From positions 105,154,001 through 105,218,000 of the forward strand of contig CM059431.1 in assembly GCA_030390025.1 (NCBI GenBank): a stretch of DNA of 64,000 nt, given 5' to 3'. The DNA comes from Squalus acanthias. Its lineage: Eukaryota. A program made the position numbers and the translations under genes. The notes beneath the pieces were generated by a model. That model made no database searches. It had not been told where the DNA came from and saw only the letters and a list, made by a program, of their open reading frames with translations. This document shows, in pieces, positions 49,017 through 59,704 of the stretch. Numbering within the stretch: the stretch's first letter is position 1; each line of letters opens with the position of its first letter.

Positions 49017-49897
49017 GGGGGAGAAATTCAGTATCGCCCCATTTGGGGCGCAATTATCGGCCGGGCGCAAAGATTAGCGCCTGGCGCTAATTATCGCCAC
49101 CGACTGCAAACTTGACTTTTATCGCCCCTGGAGGTGATTGCAGCGCTAAATCAGGTGCTTCACACCTGTCTTAAGGCGCAAAGGCCGAGGAGCGAGGCGC
49201 TACCTCAGAGCGCTGGCGAAGCTCATGTGATGTCAGTCAGCAATGGAACACACACACAATGGCACGGGCCAGTTCTTAAAGGGGATCGTTAATCGTGCTT
49301 TCCATCCACATCCTGCTCATTGCAGCCTTGAATCTCGGCCTGGAGAGACCTGCACATCAAATGTGCTGGAAAGAACAATGGAGAGTACCAGGCAAAGAGC
49401 TCAGAGTGATGCCCCCACAGTCTCTGCTAAATCGATACAAGGAATGGCAAATCAAAATGAGCCTGCAAAGTGCTGCTCAGTACCCAAAACTCCTTCACAC
49501 AACGTTGAATCTCTCCAGAAGTCTCTCAGAATGCGTAGTTCAAAAATGGCACCAACAATAAAAGGCAGGAAGCGGTCACCTTTAAATAGCGCTCCCCCTT
49601 TCCCTACATGACTGCAGAATGCTCCCCTCAACCTGTCGTTGCTAGCGCCAGGAGGTAAGGCAGGGGGCGCCACTCAATATCCACTCCGGGGCGATACCGG
49701 GGCGTTGCGCACTCGACTGACGTCACGATCTGCCGGCGCTAGAGATCGTGGCGGTAGTATTTAGCGCCGCCGCAAAATGTCTAGTTAATTTCGCGAGCGG
49801 CGCAAACTTCGCCGCGCCTGGGCGCTAGATGCTTTGCGCTCCATTAGCGCCCTCTTAAGGCGCTAACGGGAGGCGCAACCAACTGAATTTTTCCCCC
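49017..49897 (-). mobile_element. Non-autonomous Harbinger (881 bp) related to 36128-40665, TSD TAA
   Basis: TAA-GGGGGAGAAATTCAGT...ACTGAATTTTTCCCCC-TAA (15/16 TIR match); both ends homologous to the ends of the large element. Confidence 0.92.
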
Positions 49898-50939
49898 TAA
49901 ATACCTATGGTAGTAGAGAGAATATAGAAGTTTAAGAAAAGTAATATAGTGGAGCCATGAGAGAGAGAGTCAGGAGATGGGACAGAGATGGAGATTGAGT
50001 GAGTGAGTGAATGAGTGAGTGAGTCAGACAGAAGAGAGAAAAATGACACAAGAGCAGATAGAAATGGCGAGGGAAAAAAAAACAAAGGAAGAGAGATAGG
50101 TAGAGTTAAAGACTGGTGGAAAGAGACAAGGTCAAGGCAAACAGAGAAGGACGCAGGGAGAGAAACAGCATGAGAGAAAAAAAGAAATTGGAAGAAACCA
50201 AAAGGCAAAACGAGGAACAGAGAAAAATAGCAGTCAAGTCAAATTAATGCACCCCACCCCTCACATACACACAAAGGCAGGAATTGTAAATCTCTCTGAA
50301 AAGCAAATTGAATTGCTTGAAAGCATTGGATGTTCCTTTCTTCTGCATAAAACTGGCGATGCCGCACACTATTTATAACGCAGAGGGAAAATAAAACACT
50401 TTATGTCACTTTGGACGTTGCTTGGCTTCACATTGGGCACTCAAATACAGTACGTACTTTACAGCAGCTCATTAATGAATAATAACCAAAGTCTAATTGA
50501 GGTAATTTCCACCAGTAAGGCTGAAAAATCTCTGTCAGTGACAATGCCCTAATCTGTCTTCGAAGCTATTTCTTACCTGCCGCGCAGTACTCCAGACAGA
50601 GATTTTACTGTGTGATTCATTGAAGCAAACTAGATCTAATATTGTGCTGGAACCTTTAATTTAAGGTGTCTGGGGGCCTTTAAGTGTCTGTTTATTGTAG
50701 CGCTGCTGTATGAGAGAAATTAAAATGTTGCCGTTCCTGGTCATGTAATGTTGTGCTATATGAACCACTTCTAGCATTAAGGACTGAGATAGTAAATTAT
50801 ATACTGGGAAAATACAATTATTAATGACACTGTTGCCGTTATGATGTTCAGTAATGTTTGTTTCACCATCATAACAATCATTAGTAAATGTTCTTCATGT
50901 GATGTAGGTTCCTATTCACAAAGCTTCAGCTGATCTGTT

Positions 50940-51450
50940 ATATCATCGAGTCTGCAGCACAGAAACAGGCCAGTCGGCAAACTGGTCCGTGCCGGCGTTT
51001 ATGCTCCGCACGAGCCTCCTCCCACCTTTCTTCATCTCAGCCTAACAGCATTACCCTTCTATTCCTTTCTCCCTCATGTGTTTATCTAGCTTCTAACATT
51101 TTCTTCACTTCTACCCTATCAAACACTTTCTTAAAGATCTCTATCGGGTCACCCCTCAGTCTTCTCCTTTCGAGAGAAAAGAGCCCCAGCCAGCTCAATC
51201 TTTCATGATAGTTATAATCTCCTCTCACTTCTGGTATCATCCTTGTGAATCTTTTTTGCACCTTCACCAGTGCCTCTATATCCTTTATATTATATGGAGA
51301 CCAGAACTATTCACAGTGCTCCAAGTGTGGTCTAACCAAGGCTTCATACAAGTTTAACATAACTTCTCTGCTTTTCAATTCTATCCATCTAGAAATAAAC
51401 GCCAGTGCTTGGTTTGCCTTTTTTATGGCCTTATTAGCCTGCGTCACTAT
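50940..51450 (-). mobile_element. CR1 3' fragment
   Basis: KVQKRFTRMIPE...LGLFSLERRRLRGD. Confidence 0.82.
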
Positions 51451-51506
51451 GTTTAAAATATTGTTGAAATATCGTTTTTTTTTGCAGTGGATATCTTTAA
51501 TATAAA

Positions 51507-52174
51507 GGGGGCGAAATTCGGTTACGCCCTGTTTGGGGGCGGTGACCGAATTATCGCAGGAGATTTAGCACCCGGCGTGGAAGTACCACCCCGGCTGCTA
51601 AATTCAGCTTACCGTCCCGGCGAGGAAGCGGAGCGCTATCTCGGGCACTCCACTTTCTCTCGGGGCGGTGTTGGAGGCGCAAAGCGCGGTAGTGCCGGAG
51701 CGCTGACACATTTCAGCGCCCCTCCCCTTCCGCTAAAGGGGAGAGATGCTGCGAGCTGTGCAGGGCCTCCGAAGGCCCACACTAGCCCACCAGGGCGGCG
51801 TGGTGCCGTGGCTGTAGCCCGGCACCGAGATGCGGTGCCGGGCTGCGCGATGGCGGCCAGGACTATGCTATGGACAACCACGGAGTGCCGACCTGGAGGT
51901 CGCCCAAAAAATAATAAAATGGCAGTGCTGGTCGCGCTGGCCGCGGAGCAGTAAGGCGTCGCCGCGGGGCGCTAAGGGGTCGCGGCATACGGCGATGACG
52001 TCATCGGTGGCGGCGCAATGGCCCGGGGCGCGGCGCTATCGGCCAGCGCCCCAGTAGCGCCCTGCCGAATTTCTCGGGAGGCACTGCCCCCGCCCGTGCG
52101 ATAAGCCCTTTGCGCCCCATTAGCGCCCCCCGGAGGCGCTAGCGGCAAGCGCAATGGAGCCGAATTTCGAGGCC
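51507..52174. mobile_element. GC/CpG-rich Harbinger-type MITE
   Basis: TIRs GGGGGCGAAATTCGG...CCGAATTTCGAGGCC; same TAGCGCC subterminal motifs as the other Harbinger ends. Confidence 0.8.
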
Positions 52175-53062
52175 AATAAACTTTCTGTGCATTGCTGAAA
52201 AATTGCAGAAGGAATACATTGAGCACAAGCCACTCGAATGTGGGGCCATGGTATCATTGCTAACCAATTACAATCACAAAATTGCCATCATTAAATACAA
52301 CATCTAATTACATTAAGCGTGCATCAGTTCTCGATTCTCACCAGAGGCAGGTCAAAGATCATCAAACTAACATCAAACTGGTAGAAAAACCAAGATTACC
52401 CTTTATTGAATTTTCAGGCATATTCCATGCATCCGATTTTGTCTACATTATACATAATGGAATATTTTAAAAGTGGTGAGAATCAAGACTGCAATACAAA
52501 TGTTGTTATGAATGTTGTTTCAATCCGCTATCTTGACCTGCTAAAATGCTCAAGTGTTCAAATATACCTTGGAGTCTTTCTTCCTTGCAAACACTTTTAA
52601 TGCATTGACTGTTACTTTTACTCTAATGTCTTTGATCACCAACCCTTGGTGCAACCTTTAAAAAGGAAGGCATTTACAGGCATCATAATGATTTCAGAAT
52701 GGACTGATGACATGCTAGGGCAATGTTCTGTGTTGTCTTCAAAGCTTATTGCTTCTCTCTACCAATCAGTAAAGGAATGCAAGAACGCAGATTCACTTTA
52801 CAGCTTAGAAGCTCTGTCACACCACAGGTATAATTTGAAGGTCAGAGTTGACAGCATAAATCACAGTGATACATGTACGGTGAGAAAAGAAATTACCAGT
52901 TAAAGAATTACATTTTGATGGTTTTAATAAATGCACCATTAATCTACAGTTCTGTCGCATGCAAGGATCGGGGGTGGGGAGAGAGGGAAGGGTAGCTATT
53001 CCTCGACACAAGAAGGTTTTATGCAGCAGGTGATTTTCTGAATCAGTTACTACACATTGAAT

Positions 53063-53282
53063 ACCAAAGCAAAATACTGCGCATGCTGGAAGTCCGAAAT
53101 AAAAACGGAAAGTGCTGGAAATGCTCAGCAGGTCAGGCAGCATCTGCGGAGAGAGAAACAGAGTTGGCGTTTCAGGTCGATGATCTGACGAGAGGTCACA
53201 GACCTGAAACGTTAACTCTGTTTCTCTCTCTCCACAGTTGCTGCCTGACATACTGAGTACTTCCAGCATTTTCTGTTTGTAT
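53063..53282. mobile_element. Short palindromic Penelope-terminus-derived element with a hammerhead core, 12-bp TSD
   Basis: Inverted arms ~95 bp; CTGACGA-G-AGGTC-ACA-GACCT-GAAA-CG-TT at 53185-53213; flanks TACACATTGAAT / TACGCATTGAAT. Confidence 0.8.
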
Positions 53283-53619
53283 TACGCATTGAATGTTTGG
53301 TCACAAGCACCAACTTGGACAAAACAAAAGGTATAATGGTGCCAAATTCACATTCCACACACATGCCAGCTCAAAAAACACCATTTTCCTTTCAGGTGGA
53401 GTTTTAGTGTTGGAGCAAGGCCAAAGTCAAAATTAAACGGTGCAGAGATAAAATGATATCTTTCTGCTGCAAGAAAGTGTCACCCAGTAAAATTATGTTG
53501 GGAAGATATAATTGAACCACCAGTTCTGATGAACGGCTACATATCTAAACCATTCACCACAGATGCAGATTGACTTGCAGTGTGTCAAGGTCAAAGAAAC
53601 ACTCTAATTGATGGGAACA

Positions 53620-53755
53620 ACATAAGAACTAGGAGCAGGAGTCGGCCATACGGCCCCTCGAGCCTGCTCCGCCATTCAATAAGATCATGGCTGATCTTCT
53701 ACCTCAACTCCACTTTCCCGCCTGATCTCCATATCCCTTGATTTTTAGTATCCAA
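53620..53755 (-). mobile_element. CR1 3' tail fragment
   Basis: CATAAGAACTAGGAGCAGGAGTCGGCC. Confidence 0.75.
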
Positions 53756-54129
53756 AATAGCTTACTACTTTTATTTCCAGACTCTCTAATGCTCCGTCAA
53801 AGTATAAGAAAAGTAACACGAGAAGTGTAATTGCTGCAATGTGCTTACCTCCATCAGGGGAGCCATCTAGTGTTTAATTAACAATATGCAAGTACCGTTT
53901 ATATCACTTTGCCCACCCCACCACCCCCAGCCCCCCTCAGAATTACAAGATGAAAATAACCATCTGCAAGAATAAGCTCAAAAAAATTAAGTAAAGACAT
54001 TTCGCGACTACATCTTACAATAATTTGATTAAAAAAATAACCATAGCACTCTTAACTATTTACAAGTCCAAATGAGCCAAATGGCCTCCTTCTGTGCCAC
54101 AAACTTCTATCATTCTATGATTTGGAGTT

Positions 54130-56090
54130 TCTCTTGATCTTTGAGGCTATCTTCGAGTAGGATTGACAACGAGTGAGATGGAACTAACAAGAGGAGCATT
54201 AAATGGCAACTTCTCAGATTCGGTTTCCACACTGTTGGGGTTCACAACTTTCTTCGGATAGACTGTCCCGGAGAGTTCGCACCAGAATCAGGAGCACAAA
54301 CAACTTTCTGGGAGGTGGTTGGCCCGCTACACATGGGAAGAGGTGAAACATCTGAAGCTTTCTGAAGAGCTGCAACAGCCAGTCCCTGAGGTAGGTCCCA
54401 TGTAACGTTATCATTTGGTGGGTCAAAGGCCACAGATTGATGCAGTTCTTGTCATTGATTCTTATGGCAATTCCGCAGCAAAGCATCCACCAAAACTTTA
54501 AAAAGTTAACAGCTCCAGTCCTCAGTTCAATAACACCAACACTCCATTTTTTTTCACCGATTATTCATTCTCCCCCGCAATATTGCTTCGAAGGTGGCAA
54601 TCTAGCATTACGATGTTTCCCCCTCGACACTGATGTTTCCAAGGCTAGATTTAAAAATATCAAAGTGAGTACGTAACTTCCTCTCAGTGCATAACTTAGC
54701 AGGTGTCATGCTGCTAACAGTATGAGGCGTTGCATGATAACTCAAACAAAATATCTAATTTTCTGATGCAAGGCGCCAGGATCTAGTAACACCTTCTTTA
54801 GTGAAGTATCAATTTTTTTTTTCCGATTTCCCCATTTGACACCAGGTGACCAGGTGGAGAAGTAATATGAGACACCTCATTCTTATTCAAAAATTGAGAA
54901 AAATCGTATAACTAAAAAGGTGGTCCATTGTCCGAGACCACCTCTACATGAAGACTATGTTGGGCAAACAAAACCGTAACACGTTAATCGTCGCCATTGC
55001 GTATTTGATGACGTCGGAAACAACAACTACTTGTATTTATATAGCACCTTTAAAGTAGTAAAACATCCCAAGGCGCTTCACAGGAGTGTTATCAGACAAA
55101 CTTTGACACTGAGCCACACAAGGTAATATATGGGCAGGTGACCAAAAGCTTGGTCAAAGAGGTAGATTATAAGGAGCGTCTTAAAGGAGGAAAGAGAGGT
55201 AGCGAGGCGGAGAGGTTTAGGGAGGGAATTTCAGAGCTTAGGGTCTTGGCAGCAAACTTTCATCCCACGATCGGGTTTGCCAGTCGCTGTGGTCAATTTT
55301 GCTCAATTATGCCCCCACGCTCCATCTGATCTCATTCTGCTGATAGCCTCTCCTTTAGAGCATAGGGCACCGCTCTGGGATTAAACATTTTTGGCCTCGC
55401 CCCCGTCTTCACATTAAGATGTATCGGGACATCCTTTGCTTTACCAAGTTTCAGAATGAAGAAGGACTTGTACACTTTCATGAGTATGTCCACGGGTCTT
55501 TGAGTGGTGATCTTCTTAATATTGGCCCAGTTTAACATTGGGCTGCAAAACCATTCTAGGCCCAGCAATGAGGCACCTGTGCCCTGAACTACAATTACAG
55601 ACAATTGTTTTGTCTGATTTTTGTATTTTACTTGGATGTTTATTTTCCCAAGGAACGCTGCCCAGAGTAACTTCTCAGTAAAATGTTGTTTCTTGGTAGC
55701 AATTGTCGCATTCTTTTGATCACAATAATGTGCCGATTATTACATTTTACAATTGGGGAAGAAGGTAATTTACCAAAATTCTGCACGGAGGTGATGTTCC
55801 CTACATCATAAAGGTGGAAGCAACTTGCCACCTGTGTTCTGACCACCCATTTTCTGAGGCCTACATCATCTCTTACGGTTTTTGAAATGTACTTTTTGTC
55901 GTTGACCGTCATTGGATAGCCCTTGTGTCAACACCTGTGGCATCCTTTCCTTCAGAATTAATTGACAAGAATTTTCAGTTCTGCGTTGGTACACATGAGC
56001 CCAGAATTTCCTGGAGAGGTTCGGCATAACTATGGCATAGCGTCGGAGTTGTGGTGGTACCTTTTGCCAAGTGTGATTCAAAAAATTCTG
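54130..56090 (-). mobile_element. Degenerate Gypsy element (protease/RT linker and integrase; RT core missing)
   Basis: VIVVQGTGASLLGLEW...PRAVPYALKERLSAE at 55332-55604; VVSDNGPPF...HITSPPGHLVSNG...SYHATPHT...TPAKL at ~54660-54950. Confidence 0.8.
55020..55245 (-). mobile_element. L2 3' fragment inside the Gypsy relic
   Basis: ACAACAACTACTTGTATTTATATAGC tail. Confidence 0.85.
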
Positions 56091-56577
56091 GGCTATGATT
56101 GTTTCCTTTCAATTATTGCAAGCCAAGCTCACATGCAAAGGCTAAGTGACTATTTTTCATTGTTAAGAGATTTAATTTATATAATTTCAAAGGAATTGCC
56201 TATTTGGAGGACTTAAATTACTACCAGCAGTAAATTAACAGGAAGGTTTTCGGGAAATGGCATTTCAATGATTCAATTGTAACTGAGTGGACTACATTAA
56301 TGCCTATCAGTACAGTAAAAGGTTACAATATGATAGCTCCTGTAAGGTATAATTTTTTTATACCATTATAGCAGATTATTAAAAACTTGCTGAATATTTG
56401 ACAGAAATTGTGAAAAATGTGATACCTTTGAATTAAAACCACTAACTGTCTTGTTTTTGATTCACACTGTTTTAAGGACGGTAAAAGATTTCACACGTTG
56501 CTTTTGCAGGGGTATTTTTTTCCATTCTTTCCCAAAAAGCAGCGATTGATGCCAGAGTATAGTTCTAAGGATTTCTT

Positions 56578-57008
56578 TTTTTATAATTCATTCCTGGGAT
56601 GTGGGCATCGCTGGCAAGGCGGTGGTGTGCTTTCTTGATCCACTGCAGTCTGTGAGGTGAACATAGCAGCTTGGTACAACTGAGTGACTTGCTGGGCCAT
56701 TTCAGAGGGACAGTTAAGAGTCAACCACATTGCTGTTGGTCTAGAGTCACGTACAGGCCAGACCAGCTAAGGATGGGCACATTCATTCTCCAAAGGACAT
56801 TGGTGAACTAGCTGGGTTTTTACAACAATCCACTAGTTTTCCAGGTCACCATTACTGATACTAGCTTCTTAATTCCAGATTTATTTAATTAACTAAACTT
56901 AAATTCCCCAGCTACCCGTGGTGGGATTTGAACTCATGATGCATGGATTATTAGTCCAGGCCTACTGGATTACTAGCCCAGTAACATAACCACTGTGCTA
57001 CTGCATAC
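56578..57008 (-). mobile_element. tRNA-derived SINE with a Zenon-like LINE tail
   Basis: Minus-strand head TAGCACAGTGGTTATG...GAGTTCAAATCCC (A/B boxes); 3' end CTTGCCAGCGATGCCCACATCCC matches the LINE end at ~33710-33735. Confidence 0.7.
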
Positions 57009-57264
57009 CCTAGGATGCCAAAATCCTCTCTTTAATCCCTTAGCCAAGCAGCCATTCTTCATGTGTTGGGTCCAGTTTTATGGCTGGGAGCATTTCTTAA
57101 TGTCTGCATTGAACATCTTCTGCAGAATTATATTTCTGCAGCATAATTAGCTGCAGTTAAGAAAATGTTGAAGAATGGCAATCCTTTTTCTGGTCCCATA
57201 GCACTGTATGAATTGGATGAGGAAGACCTTTTAATGAAGCACAACATCTTCAGGTTCAATGACA

Positions 57265-57645
57265 TTATGAGGTGTATAAAATTATGAGGGGCCCAGATAG
57301 AGTGGATAGGAAGGACCTATTTCCCTTAGCAGAGAGGTCAATAGCCAGGGGGCATAGATTTAAAGTAATTGGTAGAAGGATTAGAGGGGAATTGTGACAA
57401 ACTTTTTTTACCCAGAGGGTGGTGGGGTTCTGGAACTCACTGCCTGAAAGGGTGGTGGAGGCAGAAACCCACATCACATTTAAAAAGTACTTGGACATGC
57501 ACTTGAAGTGCCGTAACCTACAGGGATACGGACCAAGAGCTGGAAAGTGAGATCAGGCTGGAGAGCTCTCTCTCGGCTGGCAGAGACACGATGGGCCGAA
57601 TGGCCTCTTTCTCTGCCGCAAATTTCTACAATTCTATGATTCTAT
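57265..57645 (+). mobile_element. CR1 3' fragment
   Basis: EVYKIMRGPDRVDRKDLFPL; ATTCTATG tail. Confidence 0.88.
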
Positions 57646-57654
57646 AACACCTCA

Positions 57655-58385
57655 GGTGGAAGTTCACTCCCATCAATACCCAGGATCCGTGTCTATAGAC
57701 CATGCCAGTCCTACCTGGGTGTGTCAAAGATTTGTATCACTCTACACTTCACTGCAAGGGCAGTGATCCAGCTATGGCATCTGCTACGCAATGATATAGA
57801 GAAAACATCAACTATGAGGACCACTCTTTCCTCTTTAAGCCATTCCATCTCTCCAGATCTATCTCTTCCTTTGACAGCCTCTTTCATGCCCACCTATGAA
57901 GTGCCTTTGGCTGTTTGTCTATGCTAGAGGTATTATACAAATACATGCTACTGCTGTTGCCACTTCTAATGCGTCTCCTTAGAATGGCATTACGCTTCTA
58001 TACCACAGGGTCACGCCAAGCCACTGGAGGACATCTGCCGGATAAGCCAGTCTCTGGTGCTTAGCATTTGCTAGTGAGAAAGGAGACAGCAGCTGGAGAG
58101 TCTGCTGTCTTTCCACGCCATCCCACCACTCCTCACCTTTCCGCAACCCTACACAACAGAAACTATCCGCAGAAAGTTTACCGCGGGCAGGTTTCCCAAA
58201 AGTCCCGGGTCTTACAGATCAAACTCATATGGCTATCAGGACTTCACACACCAACCCAAATCAATATATGAAAAGAAAGGATACCAATCCCTAAGTGTGC
58301 AGATGGTTTCTGACCACAGAAAGGTGATTCTTCACTGTAATACCTGCTAACCAGGGGACAGCCCATGATGCTTTTCTGTAGGATT
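57655..58385 (+). pseudogene. Old Harbinger transposase relic (N-terminal half), with a small L2 tail at ~57825-57960
   Basis: RVYRPCQSYLGVS, QLWHLL, LRFYTTGS, AGFP.VPGLTDQTH, KRKGYQSLSVQMVSDHRKVIL, HDAF, collinear with 36621-37310. Confidence 0.78.
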
Positions 58386-59002
58386 GCTCCCCTCTCTTGT
58401 GCAGAATACAAAAGACCAAAGATCAAGCTAACTTTAAAGAATTGACTCTGCCAAACCGACACAACAGTTTTTAACCAGAAAGAAAGAAATAGCTTCTCAT
58501 GCAATCTGTTTCTAGCGAGTACAACTTAAGACAAAGTCCCTTGTTCTTGGGAGAATGAATGTTCCTTTCCTTCTCCATCTTGTCTTGACCTCGCATGTGG
58601 TTTCTCCTGAAAACCCTTGTGGAATGGACTGTTTTATCTGTTTTTCCTTCAAAATCTGCTGTTGAACATCATACCATATATGAGTTGTGCCAGCTGCCAG
58701 ACAGCTGTGCGCACAGCTGGTAAGGATGACTTTTAGCTGACTAAGATCCGAGCCCGCTGCCAAATGAGTTTTGTCGGCACTGTCCCTGTTTGGCCATGAA
58801 TTCAACTCTGTTCTTTGCTGACATTGAGCTCTCCTCCATGTTGCTATTTGGAGATCACTCTACTACCACCCACCCTCCTTTGTACATACTATTCTGCACA
58901 TCTCTCCACAATGACAAAAACATCACACTGGCAAACATTTACTTAAGGCACTTTTCCTATTTCAAATTCCAATATAGTACACAGTTATAATAGGAAGTGT
59001 CT

Positions 59003-59102
59003 ATGTAAACATGTCACACTGTGATTACACTTCCCTGCCAGTGGAGGCGCTGCAGTGCCACCACCGGTGAGAGGGTGTAATTACAGTGTGACAAGTTTAC
59101 AT
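59003..59102. repeat. Imperfect palindrome (hairpin), ~28-bp arms
   Basis: ATGTAAACATGTCACACTGTGATTACAC / GTGTAATTACAGTGTGACAAGTTTACAT. Confidence 0.75.
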
Positions 59103-59296
59103 CTGAGTTTTCCATTATAAATGTGGATATAGGAACTTACTGTGGAAATTCTAAAATTAAGGACAGCATGCATAATTTTAAAATGGGGATTAAATTACAT
59201 CTGCGTATCCTGGTCTAACTATCCCCCATCCTCTAACTCCACTTCACCTGAAGACTACACTTAGTTTTGACTCGTATGCCATGGGGGATTGACTTT

Positions 59297-59704
59297 AAAG
59301 AAAGACTTGCATTTATATAGCGCCTTTCACAACCTCACGACATCCGAAAGCGCTTGACTAATGAAGTGTAGTCACTGTTGTAATGTAGGAAATGCTGCAG
59401 CCAATTTGAGCACAACAAGCTCCCACAAACAGTAATGTGATAATGACTAGATAATCTTTTAGGTGTTGGTTGAGAGATAAATATTGGCCAATACACCGGG
59501 GAGAACTCCCCTGCTCTTCTGCAAAATAGTGCCATGGGATCTTTTACATCCACCTGAGAGGGCAGACAGGGCCTCGGTTTAACGTCTCATCTGAAAGACG
59601 GCACCTCCGACAGTGCAGCGCTCCCTCAATACTGCACTGCAGGGTCAGCCTAGATTTTCTGCTGAGGTCCCATGGAGTGGGACTTGAACCCACCACCTTC
59701 TGAC
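59297..59704 (-). mobile_element. Deu-domain SINE whose head continues at 63319-63364
   Basis: Split at CCTTCTGAC; CTGAC repeated at 59700-59704 and 63319-63323. Confidence 0.85.

Noticed and set aside
49897..50230. Hydrophobic 103-aa ORF on the minus strand
   Set aside because: Arises from a purine-rich low-complexity (GA/GAGT) tract
51487..52226. GC-rich ORFs or a CpG-island promoter
   Set aside because: Contained within a TIR-bounded MITE; the ORFs are explained by high GC content
53840..53870. Possible 18-nt minus-strand micro-exon (AG...GTAAGC)
   Set aside because: No polypyrimidine tract and no other exons to connect to
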